Shown: one piece after another, positions 12,943 through 24,380 of the stretch
Numbering within the stretch: position 1 is the first letter of the stretch
How the letters are laid out: each line of letters starts with the position of its first letter
Source of the DNA: Takakia lepidozioides
Taxonomy: Eukaryota; Plantae; Bryophyta
Direction: 5' to 3'
NCBI GenBank assembly: GCA_030704615.1
Contig: CM060734.1
Coordinates: 29,698,001-29,762,000, forward strand
DNA: 64,000 nucleotides
Position numbers and translations under genes: made by a program
The notes under the pieces: generated by a model
What the model was told of the DNA's origin: nothing
The model's input: only the letters and a program-made list of their open reading frames with translations
The model's database searches: none

Positions 12943-14379
12943 CGCCGCAACGCTCGTTGCTTCGGGGTGGATAATATAAGGCTGAGATTGCGGTGCCTCC
13001 ATCTCCCTTCGCAACGGGAGTCTCCAGGTGTAGAGACTAGAGACGTGTTAAGTGCTTGTGTAGTTTGTGTGTGTTTGTTTGGGGGAGTGGCAAGGATAAT
13101 GTGCAAGTAACTAAGACTACGTTAGTGTAGTAATGATACCGGGTTAGTCATGTAGTAATGACAACAAGTTTATAGAATGAGAAACAGTTTATTAACAAAA
13201 AGTAGAGTTTGTTTCATTGAATAGAGCATGGCTGTTGGTAAGGTTGTGGTGTGTTTTCCACTAAGATGCGGGTTCAAACCTGCCCCCGCCAAGGAGAGCG
13301 GGGGGAAAGGGGGGCGGGCCAATTAGCCAAATCTGAAATGTGAACCTTTTTTATACACTCTGGCGTTAGTGCTTTTTGGACTACATGGGTTACACGTGGA
13401 TCCTTAGAAGATGGTTGTACGATTGACATGTTACTTGTGGCGGCGCCTTCATAATACAATATAAAGTAAGTGATTAAAGTAACTAAATATTTTTTAGGGT
13501 GTCTTAATCAATTTAATTGGTTTTAGAGTCAATTGTCGCCACAAATACTTGTACTCATTACTCATACATGAGTAATCAAAGAACAAATCAACATACATGT
13601 CATGGGATTTGATTGTAAGTAAATTGTGCCATCTAGTGTGTCAGTTCATAGCTGGACGATTAATCAACGATTGGTTGTAAAATAAATGGAAATATGCAAA
13701 GCATTTATGTTTCATATGCTCATAAGAAGAAGGCAGTACATTGGATTCTAAGATCTCAACAACGGCGCTGTCGTCTTAAAAATGGGGGTAGTCCATTTAA
13801 TTGTTTCTGTCAGAGAATAATATGGATGGAGCACATGCCTCAAAAAATTGGACCTTCTGGATTGATGATACACATAAGTAATGTAAGCCATTTAATGTAT
13901 TTTCATAAGGTCTTGCAAGATGTGGCGCTTTCATTCATTTTGCATCTTCTCTCAAACTTTGAGGGCATTGCCAATGTCTACACCAAAATATGCATTGCTT
14001 TCATGTCCACCTGATGCAAAATGGTTCGTTATCCTTGCAATGGAAACAAGTGCATTATATCCCAGAACCTTGGTTATGCAATAGATTCAAACTTGTCCGG
14101 GTTCAGTTTTTTGGAGGATGATGGAGATGATGATGCCTCCACATGTTGCTTCCAGTTTTCAATGACGGCCAAAAGTAATGGATTGTTTCCAGACACTTTC
14201 TCCAAGTACCGTGTCACAAGATACGAGCTATACACAGTCACATGATAAGAGCACACTTCTATTGCAAGAAAGAACGATCAAGCTGCAACAAATGGGAGTT
14301 GTAAATTGAAGGAGGAGGTTGCAGATTCGGCGAGCTTGGGGTCTCATAATTCGGATTGTGTTGAGGTTTCTAAGAGTGT

Positions 14380-17300
14380 ATTTTGTGGATCTCAACTCCT
14401 CATCTGCTCACGGTCTTGCTTCACGACATGAAGCCTCGGAAAACTCCATTGGACAACACCACGTCTGATTGTTGCGAATCTACGAGGGGTTTATCTTCAT
14501 CTCCACGACTAGCAGGGAAGGCTACATCTGCATTCCTTCTGGTGTGTTGTCCATTTTTGAGTATCTTGGCCACTGCTCCGAGAAATGGATCAAAAGGAGA
14601 GCTTTCTACCTTGGACTATAGTCACATTCCAGTGCATCGTGGTCGGTTTCTTCCTCGAGCTTTTGATGGAAAAGTGATCCACGAACTCCCCCCCCGTGGT
14701 CAACTACGTACGGACGTGGTTCACAGTCCCTCCAAGGCATGGATCGCAAGTTTGATGGTCATCCTTGGTGCAAGACCATCCTACAATAGTCGGGTGTTCC
14801 AGATCATGTGAAATGTATAAGGTTCTTTGTGTTGGAAAGCTCATATGTCAAAGCAGCACTTGCCCTTCTTCAAGAAAGAGGAGAACGGAATGACCGCTAT
14901 TGGGAAGGCAATGCAGACAAGGTGTTCATTGCAGGAGCCCCAGTTTCTTCAACCAGTTCAAAGTGTAGTTTCTGCAAGAAAGACCTTTCTGTGAGGCGCA
15001 TTGTGGGGCAAAAATGTACTATGTCCAAGTTCCCTTCCAACATATTCGTGTTGCAGTTCACGTTGGGTTTCATAACCAGTTCCAAGTGTAGTTTCCAAGC
15101 AAAGAAAGACCTTTCTGTGAGGCGCATTGTGGGGCAAGAATGTACTATGTCACAAGTTCCCTTCCAACATATACACGTGTTGCAGTTCACGTTGGGTTTC
15201 ATAACCATCCATGTGCCAAGGGCGAGAATAGAGAGGCTGCGGAAAATGCATCAAGCATGATTCAAGAGCACGTTAAGATGAAGCCATGGTCGACCCCGGG
15301 AGCTATTTCCTTGTCAATGGCCCAAAAGCTCTTGATTGATCGAGTTCTTGTGGCTGATGGCACAGAGACAGTACGTCTTGAGGGAGAGGCTTTGGAAGAT
15401 ATTCTTGAAGAGTTTGCCCATGTTTGTAGCCCCAATGTGAAAAACAAGGTCGCATCTGCACGTGTCAATTCCATCATGTCCATATTGGAGTTGAAGCGTC
15501 TGAGTACATACCATTTCATTCACAGCAATCTCCTTCCAGGCCAGCATACTTCTCATCTCCCCCATGTTTTCAAGATGTCTGTTGCTGGTCCCGGGAGTGG
15601 TGTTGATCTTGTGCGTCGCATGAGTGAGGGGGATCTACGCACAAGTTGGGTAGTATTTGACCATGTCAAACGCATCAAGGATTGGACAACTCTTGCGTGT
15701 CATGTCTATGAACCATATGTCAAGCGAATGATGACCATTGCCATTTGCGATATGAAAACAGAGGATGCAGATGCTCAGGTGTTATTCTGGGAGATGATCA
15801 ATGAACAAGCAAAACTTGCTGGCTTGAACAAACCAAATTTTGCTGGCTTCATGGCGGATGCAGCAGGAGCGAATTGGGCTGCTGTTCGAAGGGTTTATGG
15901 ATCTGATCCCAATGTCCCAATGGAAGGTAAAGAAAGAACATGTTTATATCATTGGGCTGAAAGCCTCCGAAGACACACCAACGACTATATCTTGGAGGAC
16001 TTCCGTGAAAGGCACACTCAGCTCTGTTATGAATGGAAAGATAGTGCTACCTTGGAGGATGCTACAACCACATACATTGCAATTCGGGCTTGGTGGCTCT
16101 CTTCAGGAGCATGCACAGAAAAGAGTCTGCCAAAACTGGATTCATGGCTTGCATGGTGGCACTACAGATATCGAATGTGGGGCCAATGGATGAGAGAGGA
16201 CATGGATGTGGAGGCAGATGCAGATATGCCTACCACTAATTTGTCTGAGGCAGTCCATTCTGCTTGGTGGAAGACAGCAGGCAATGGGAAAAAAATGAAG
16301 GTGGATCTATATGAGGCCACCATGCATGACATGTCACGAGCTCTTTTGCAGCAGGCAACATTTTACAGGCACACCACAGGAAAGACATGGGGGACGGGGC
16401 CCGACAAAGAGGAGCTCATGTTGCGTCAAGCAGCTAGATCTAATAGCCCAGCAAAAATGGGTAAGGTTGTACGTGGCATAGTAGCTGGAACACCCATGCA
16501 CACAAGGGGGGTTCAATTGGAGGGAGACAATCGCACTATTCCAGTCAAACGCAAGTTAGGCGATGAGCATGGTGGGCCAAACGAATCTTGGAGGTGTGAT
16601 ATGAATGTAAAGACTGTTCCAGTGCGCGCCACTGGGATGCCCAGTCCACACCAGCCATCTAGGTTTGTCAGCTCCAAATCAAGTCATGACATTCCTGGTT
16701 CTTCGACTTTCTGTGAGACAAATCCACATGTTGCTATCCCTCCTCAGCCAATGCAATGGGGAAATCCAGTGAGAGAGACACAAGACTTTTCCGATGCATT
16801 GTTCAGGATTCAGCGGACAGGTCCTGCTTCCATGGTTCGTTGTTCTGCCTTGGTTGGAGTTTCCAAGATAAATGCAAAGCGCTCATCAGGAAAGGTAAAG
16901 GAAGTCCTGCACCTTGCTTCACTGGCAAGTTACTAGCACCGAACATGAAAGAACCAAAACTGCAAGTTTTTTGGTTTTGCCCCACAGATGTTTTGTCGTG
17001 TGTTGGAGGGACCGTGCCATCCTATTGCTTGGGAAAACCGGGTATACCTAACGTGTGGCCTGTGAAGGTTGGAACCAACCTTACACAAGAAGAGGTGGAC
17101 AACTTGACCCTTGCAGGTTTTCGACTAGTCCATCCTCCCAACGTTCCTGATCCGAACTTTCCTGTGGGACCACTTCCAGTGGAACAACATATTCATCAAG
17201 GTGTTGTCCTTCCTGTGGGTAAGTATCCCACTACACGCTATGGGGTGCGCATTCGGCGTCGGGATCCGACTCCTCGACACTTGAGTCGCCAAGAGTCAGC

Positions 17301-17625
17301 GGAGACTCTTATTGCTGAGGTTCGTGGATTCAGAAACGTGCCTCAGCCAGGTTATGGGAGAATTTACCAGCTACAAACAGAGGGATCTACCAGAGCAGGA
17401 TTGGTTTACAATGTATACATTGGTCAGTTTCCATCTTGTGATTGTCCCGACTTTGATGAGCTATCTGTCAAGAAGAAAAAACAAACATATCTACCTTGTA
17501 AGCACATGTACTTCATGTACAACGTGCATCTAGGATGCGCCGGGGCTTATGAGATCCACCAACCTTCCCTTAGCCAGTTAGAGGTTAGGGCTATGCTAAA
17601 GAAGGACCCTAGTTCAACTTCTTAG
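14380..17625 (+). pseudogene. MULE transposase with Cys/His-rich N-terminus, DDE core and C-terminal SWIM finger (frameshifted)
   Basis: FDHVKR..FMADAAGANWAAVRRVY..TCLYHW..TTNLSEAVH (D..D..CxxH..E); SWIM CDCPDF..PCKHM. A ~125-bp tandem duplication at 14950-15205 and a frameshift near 16870. Confidence 0.88.
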
Positions 17626-18251
17626 TGACACATGAAATGCACAAAAAAAGAACCTCTAACTTGTGCCGTTCATTTTCATGCATGTGACATGTAATTATCT
17701 TGTTACTACTTTATTCCAAACATGACACATAGCATTTGTTAGTACAGAAGTTCCTATTTTGGTTAAAATGGAACTTGTGTACCTGTCATACAAGTTTTCA
17801 AATTATAGAACTGCTTGGCATTACAAACAGACATGCAATGTGGTGGTTCCAAACATGACACATATGCATTTGTTAGTACAAAAGTCCATATTTTGGTTAA
17901 TATGAAACTGTTTTCCTTGAATACAAGTTTGCAAACTATTACTTTGGCCAGGGATCTTGTATTCTCTTCAGTTTAAGGTGGTGCATTAGTTGGAGTTAGT
18001 GGTCACATGCATCTTTGACCATTGACTACTGATTTTGTTAGCTAAGATTTTTTTATTTTTTATTTTTTTCTATATACATATGATGTATCATTTGCATATG
18101 CAATAAATACGTCGTATTCTATGTTATATAACTTCACTGCATACAATCTACAATGTGTGCATACAAATTTGTCACATGCATATATAATAAGGGATTTTGT
18201 GCATGCATGCACGCAACCTGTGCATATGGAATAGCAACCCCCGTCACCTCC

Positions 18252-18310
18252 CACATGTGGATGGGAGGATAGATCCCAACCTTGCAGTGGTACCTGCAGG
18301 GTTGCGTTGG
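18252..18310 (+). pseudogene. Remainder of the gypsy integrase C-terminus after the MULE
   Basis: PHVDGRIDPNLAVVPAGLR continues directly from RNCAPC(H)L across the TSD. Confidence 0.8.
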
Positions 18311-18399
18311 GAGGAGTACTTAGAGATATCCAACTCTTCTATCTTGGAGTTTCCACCTCGGATAGCGAAGGGATGGGTGAGTAAAAGCCGCTCGGGGGC

Positions 18400-18941
18400 G
18401 ATTGTGGCATAGCTTTCTAGGCTTGTGTGCTTATATTGTATGTGGACAGCGATGTATGTTGTGGCACAATGCTTAGGTGCATGACAACTGTCATGGTTTT
18501 AGTCATGGTTAACTAGAATTACCTACTTCTAGTTAACTAGGACATTTTGGATATTTATATGTGCATTTTGTGTGTTGGGACTTCATTTGGTCTTATATGC
18601 CAAGTGAGGTATCAAGCCTCACTTGGGACATGGGGATGGGTTTTCCCCTTGTGAGGGTCGAGGAGGGCTCATCTTCTTGTAGTTGAGCCTCCATGAGCCT
18701 CTCCCACCTCTATAGCTTTAGGTATTGAGAGGGAGTGTGGTGAGGGCTTTGTAGGGTGGATTCCTTTAGCAAAGGTGCCCTTGGATTGACTTAGTTTATG
18801 TGATTGAGTGGATTCATGAGTGGAGTGTTTCCATTGTGTGTTCACTTTCATTATCATTGTGGCATAGCTTTCTAGGATTGTGTGCTTAGATTGTGTATGG
18901 ACAACGATGTATGTTGTGGCACGATGCTTAGGTGCACGACA
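18400..18941. mobile_element. LTR remnants: a partial LTR end (to 18486) followed by a TG..CA LTR (18489-18941)
   Basis: tgtcatgg...ggtgcacgaca; 18400-18486 repeats the end segment; reverse-complement homolog at 21674-22235. Confidence 0.75.
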
Positions 18942-19544
18942 CTTTTGCCCATGTGCTTTGTGGGACATCAACATCAACTCGGAACCCTTTCGTGTACCCC
19001 AGTTTCTCCAGCTCCTCACCGCTTTCCTTCACCTCCCATCTAAGGCACTCCCACCAACTCTCCAATCACTTCTGCATGTGGCGGCCGAGTACCAGACGAC
19101 GTAGTTCACAAATTCTACACATATGCTTGAATGGTAGCCTCGCGCACATGACTGCAACATGCATGAATGTAAAAAGCCATGTACACATTGAGAAGAAATG
19201 CCCTATGCTGTGAAAGGTAAACATGGTATTTGTAGCTTTGTGTGGACAACAACACGTCAATGTTAGTGAAGTACTATAATATCAACCAACCACCACAAAG
19301 TGACACGTCATTCTAACTTCTATATGCCCCACCTACAATTTTGTGAAGTGAATCTTTGTTGGCTATCAGATTGCTTGCCACATATGACTGTCCCCACTAC
19401 ATCAAAACTAGGGAGCCTCACATTCTGACCAAAACTTTCCAGCAGAATGAGACTTCACGTTGCAAAAGATTTCATCACTTAGCTAGGAAGACAAGAAGAG
19501 GATGGACCCACCGGCCATAGCGGGCTAGCAAGTTGGTGCGATGG

Positions 19545-19805
19545 TAGACCTTATGGCCATACATGACGCCCTATCTAGTCTCGCTAACTTCCCCCCACCT
19601 TACTATATCTTTACTGACAGCCTTACCTCCCTCTTCCTTATTAGAAACCACATAAACCGCCCATCCTCCCACCACCACCATCCAGACTGCAATCTCATCA
19701 CTGCTATAGTCCAACTAACCCTCTCAACTCCCATCCCATCCACCTCCATAAAGTTCGCTCGCACACAGGGATACATGGGAATGATGCTGCTGATCTATTT
19801 GCTCA
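19545..19805 (+). mobile_element. LINE RNase H fragment (same family as the 21345 copy)
   Basis: FPPPYYIFTDSLTSLFLIRNH..HHHHPDCNL..KVRSHTGIHGNDAAD, nearly identical to 21350-21670. Confidence 0.85.
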
Positions 19806-19809
19806 AGCT

Positions 19810-20890
19810 AGGCTTGCACACATGTTGCAAACGTAACAAACGCGATGTGGTTGCGCTGCAGTATCCCTTCCCACACCACTTGCTCATAGACCTCTCCAAA
19901 GGGCCTCCATCCCGCGCCGCTGTTGTGCATATCCTGGGATCATCATCCTCCATGCACCCCAATTTGGCATACAAGTCCACAAGGGCATAGTTCAGAACAA
20001 CATTTGCTTAATTCCAGCTTGGTCGATGTCATCACAAACCCCGTCTTCACTCATTGCGTACTCTAGTTAAGTGCAATTATGGGCTAGGCTGGTACCACAT
20101 CTCATTCAGCCATATTATCAAAACAGCCATGTATCCTTGTAGTTGCACCCTGCAACCTTGGCATACATGTCCACTACGGCAACGTTCAGAATCACATCAG
20201 ATACAATACCAGCTTTGACAATATCACCGTGGACCTCTGTACCCTTTTCCAGGGCTGCCAGGCATGCATTTGACATACATATCCACCAAGGCAGTGTTTA
20301 GAGTGACATCTAGTGGTACAATTCCAGATCTGATGATGGACCTTTGCGTCCTTTCCAGGGCTACCAGGCTCGCATTTGACATACATGTACACCAGGGGAA
20401 TGTTCAGAATGACATCAGGTACAATTCCAGCTTTGTTGATGTCACCATGAACCTCTTGGCCCTTTCCCAGGGCTGCTAGGCTCGCATATGCATATTAACA
20501 AACACAAATGAACATGACCTGGTTTGGCTTCATCCTTTCCCACATCATTTGTTCTTAGGTTTCCAAAGCCTTACTCCCACACCTATGCTACACACACCTT
20601 ACAATCATGGCAGTCCACAACACCACATCTCATTTAGCCATGTCGTCGAACTCTCCCTTTGCATCAGGCTTGCTGCACCCACATTTGACATACATATCCA
20701 CTAGGGCAGTGGTCAGAATGACAACTAGTACAATTTCAGCTTTGACGATGGCACATGGCCAAGAGATATCCCAATATCCCGCCACCAATGGGTTCAATGC
20801 ATACTCTTATCACATTGGCAGTATCATGTCAAAGTCACTCCAACTAGATTCACTCAACCAGCTAACTTGCAGAATTCAACATGAAAATTT
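19810..20890 (-). pseudogene. PLS-class pentatricopeptide repeat (PPR) gene remnant with tandemly repeated motifs
   Basis: Repeated ~105-bp units encoding EVHGDIVKAGIVSDVILNVAVVDMYAK / NTALVDMYVKC / IPLVYMYVKC; MDLYAKLGCMED near the 3' end; heavily frameshifted. Confidence 0.7.
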
Positions 20891-20980
20891 AGGGTCGATT
20901 CTGATAAGAGGGGAAAATAGGGTGAAATGTGTTTCAGAAGGTGCCTTCATTAGCAAACGCACTCACACCTCTGGTTACTC

Positions 20981-21088
20981 GGTGTCCAACCAGGACACCT
21001 ATTTTATTATAGGGCCCACCCTCCACAGGGGGCAGTAGCCGAAAGGTGAAGTAGCTCTTAGTTACGCCGGCTTGGCCGGAGTCTTCTA
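20981..21088 (+). repeat. Second copy of the structured LINE 3'-end motif
   Basis: ggtgtcc-aacca-ggacacc..gggccc..gcc-gaaa-ggt..gagtcttct, homologous to 23273-23380. Confidence 0.8.
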
Positions 21089-21344
21089 ATGTAGGTCTTT
21101 CCAATGATCTGTTGTTTGACCGAAGAGCAGCTATTGTTGGACAATCCGTGGATAGGTTGCATAAAGTTGAGGCTTTCATGGATGTGTATGCCTCTGAATC
21201 ACAGGCTTATGACACGGATGATGAAGTATCAGCTGATGATGTTATGTAGGTAATTAGAAATTACATATACAATACATTGTCCTCATTGTCAGTTCGAATT
21301 TTTTGTTATTTTTTATGATACATGTATTTCTCTCTAGTGTACTT

Positions 21345-23390
21345 CCTAGCCGTGCCACCATATTACGAGCTGAACTTATGGTCATCTTCGAAGCACTCTC
21401 CCTGCTAGATGTCTTCCCTCCTCCATATTACATCTTTACAGATAGCCTTACCTCACTCTTTCTTATCCGAAACCACATATCCCGCCCCTCCTCCCACCAT
21501 CACCACCCAGACTGCAACCTCATTTTAGCCATTGTTAACCTCACTATTTCCAAAAGCCACCCTATCCACCTCCTCAAAGTTCGTTCGCACACTGGCATTA
21601 AAGGTAATGAGGCTGCGGATCTACTTGCTCAGACAGACGCCTCTAAACCCCCAGTGGACCCTACAGATGACCCTGTCATGCACCTAAGCATCGTGCCACA
21701 ACATACATCGTTGTCCACACACAATCTAAGCACACAATCCTAGAAAGCTAAGCCTTGTGAGATACTTTAGCTTTCCTAGCTCTCTCACTCCTTGGTGTAC
21801 ACCAACACAAGTGCTACACTAATCCTTACACTCCGCACTCACAAGCATAGGTCATCTTCTTGTAGTGATAATGAAAGTGAACACACAATGGAAACACTCC
21901 ACTCATGAATCCACTCAATCACATAAACTAAGTCAAGCTAAGGGCACCTTTGCTAAAGGAATCCACCCAACAAAGCCCTCACCACACTCCCTCTCAATAC
22001 CTAGAGCTACATGGAGGTGGGAGAGGCTCATGGAGGCTCAACTACAAGAAGATGAGCCCTCCTCAACCCTCACAAGGGGAAAACCCATCCCCATGTCCCA
22101 AGTGAGGCTTGACACCTCACTTGGCATATGAGACCAAATGAAGTTCCAACACACAAAATGCACATATAAATATCCAAAATGTCATAGTTAACTAGAAGTA
22201 GGTAATTCTAGTTAACCACGACTGAAACCATGACAACCCTATTCACATCGCTCATACCCATCCCTTTTGGTTCATACACCCAATCCCAAACCCCCCCGCA
22301 CCCAAACCAATCCGTAATCTTATGACCACTATCACCCGTGAAGCGAACAAACAAGCTGCAGCATCTATTAGCCACACTAAAGTCCACATTCAGAAATGGA
22401 CCCAGTCCACAATCCTCCACCATAAGCTATCAAACCACTTTTGGCATACCAAAGCCACTACCGATGCACAAATCCGACAAACACTCAAATTCAGGTACGC
22501 CCAACACATGGGCCACCAACGTAAACACATATTCTAGCCACATCTTTTCCCATCTCCATATTGTCCACTATGCTCAAATACCCACCATGAACGTGACACC
22601 TGGCCACACCTCCTTAGTCAATGTACCCATCCAGTCATTCATGGCCTTCATATCACTCGGCACAACCATGCAGTTTGGCACATCCATAAACTCCTTCTGA
22701 GCCGCGCTGAAACTAGGTGGTTCTCACTCATTAACGCCGGCACCTACCAAGGCCGACCACCAGACCACACTGTACCACCATGGCTGCTCCCATGTACATG
22801 TATCCATTCACCATGCACCTGCCCCGCCAGACTGTGCCCTGATATTCTCCTTGTCCAAGGCCTACCCACTAACACCCCACCACCCACTACACCATCCCCA
22901 CAAATCACCATCCACTTCATCAAATTTACATACTGTAATGATCGCTACCCCAATGACTTGATCTTGGAAAAACGACAAAAATATGCCCCGCTCATCCTTG
23001 CAATCCGCCGTAGAGGTTGGACCACTGGCCCACTAACCGTCATCACTGCCGGTACTAGAGGCGGCATACATAATGATAGTATCAACGCTATACATGACAA
23101 TTTCAAAATCCCCATCCCCCCCATTCATAAGTGTTTCAAAGCAATCCACCTCATGACACTCCGATCCCTCACAACCATTATTACCAACAAACGGCAACTG
23201 GAATCCAAATCTACATTGATACCCTAGGTACCTAGGGCACCCCCTGGGTACCCTATGTACCCCTAGTTAGTTGGTGTCCCGCAGGACACCTGTTTTCTAT
23301 AGGGCCCATCCCCGAAAGGGGGTAGTAGCCGCAAGGTGAAGTGACTCTTAGTTACGTAGGCTTCGGCCGGAGTCTTCTCTCTCTCCCTCT
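21345..23390 (+). mobile_element. 5'-truncated Dualen/RandI-like LINE: RNase H, CCHC knuckle, restriction-like endonuclease, 3' UTR
   Basis: RNase H TILRAEL..FTDS..KVRSHTGIKGNEAAD; CPLC..DTWPHLLSQC..RHN; PDIL..FTYC..EKRQKY..ITAGTRGGIH (RLE); ends in a (ct)n-like tail; split by a solo LTR. Confidence 0.8.
21674..22235. mobile_element. Solo LTR inserted in the LINE
   Basis: TGTCA...TGACA ends, 4-bp TSD accc (21670-21673 / 22236-22239); inverted relative to the 18489-18941 copy. Confidence 0.8.
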
Positions 23391-23472
23391 CCGAGGATAC
23401 TTTTTTTCCCCCGACATTTGGGTAGATGTGGTGATGATCGTCGACGATCATCATATTCTCGGCATTTGGGTA

Positions 23473-23851
23473 GATGCCGTCGATGATGATCAAGAAATCA
23501 TGATCATGAAGAAATTGAGTGTGTTGATACACTCAGTTCTGCGCACAGGGGGGGGGGGGGGGGGGGGGAACCTCCCGTTCACCAAGGTATGAAGACCCCA
23601 CACATTAACCGTGAGGGCACGGCTTTTTCGGAGAGGGAGGGATAATATTATAGGGCTGTCTGGGACTTAGGCAGAATCGGGGTTTTGTGGGTACCCCTGA
23701 TTTTTGCGCAGCTGTGGTGCTTCATGACTGTGTGATCACAGCCCGACACAGGTCACAGTCACAGGGTGTGCGGGCCGCCGCGGAGAACTGAGTGCGTCAA
23801 CGCACTCAATTTCTTCATGATCATGATTTCTTGATGATCATCGACGACATC
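23473..23851. repeat. MITE/foldback-like element with 68-bp inverted arms
   Basis: 23473-23540 is the near-perfect reverse complement of 23784-23851; 21-G run inside. Confidence 0.75.
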
Positions 23852-23856
23852 GCTGA

Positions 23857-24375
23857 CAGTGTTGTGCGGATCCGGGTTTTGACCCCGGGTACTCGGCGGG
23901 TTACCTGGTTTGTGTTACATATCCGGATCCGGACCCATGCCATCACCAAAAACTCGGACCCTGACCCAGGTTCACTTTTAAAATGAACCCGGAACCGGAC
24001 CCAGACCCGCCAGCTAGGTCCATAACCCGTTAAACCCGCTACTCGCGGGCCAGAGTAGCGGGTCGGGTCCGGGTTTTAATTTTAGGTGGGGCATGTGGGG
24101 TCCAGCTTAGATGTGGTAGGTGTTGGAATATGTGTGGAGGGTGTCCGCGGTTATAGGCCCCTCGGGTATAGGCATCATTTCTTCTGTAACTTGCTACGTG
24201 GGCCCAAGGTGACGTGGCAGGATACGGGCTCACGCTGACGTGGCGGGGGTACGGCCTCATGCTGACATGATGAGATACGTGCTCACGCTGACGTGGCGGG
24301 TGTAGGGGCTCACGCTGACGTGGCGTGAGCATACGCTCACACGCTCACACGCTATTCTCACGCCGTTGCGTCGCT
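23857..24375. mobile_element. Non-autonomous DNA-transposon termini (hAT-like) with subterminal repeats
   Basis: Left end cagtgttg.. with many acccgg/ccgggt motifs; right end reads CAGCGACGCAACGGCGTGAG in reverse complement, with repeated acgctgacgtggc; matches 60726-60915. Confidence 0.55.
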
Positions 24376-24380
24376 GGCCC

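Larger units (their letters stand above)
6904..18242 (+). mobile_element. Mutator-like DNA transposon (MULE), 11.3 kb, with transposase and methyltransferase cargo gene
   Basis: 9-bp TSD gttacctcc (6895-6903) / gtcacctcc (18243-18251). Removing the element restores the integrase frame. Imperfect G-starting termini: gaggtagcctatactatatgcgc versus the reverse-complemented right end gggggttgctattccatatgcac. Internal MULE transposase. Confidence 0.88.

Noticed and set aside
13690-14330. Third gene inside the MULE
   Set aside because: Only short broken ORFs on both strands, with no motif I can assign.
23310-23345. Hammerhead ribozyme core
   Set aside because: gtagtag-cc-gcaa-gg-tgaag only loosely resembles CUGAUGA..GAAA; the invariant core bases are missing.
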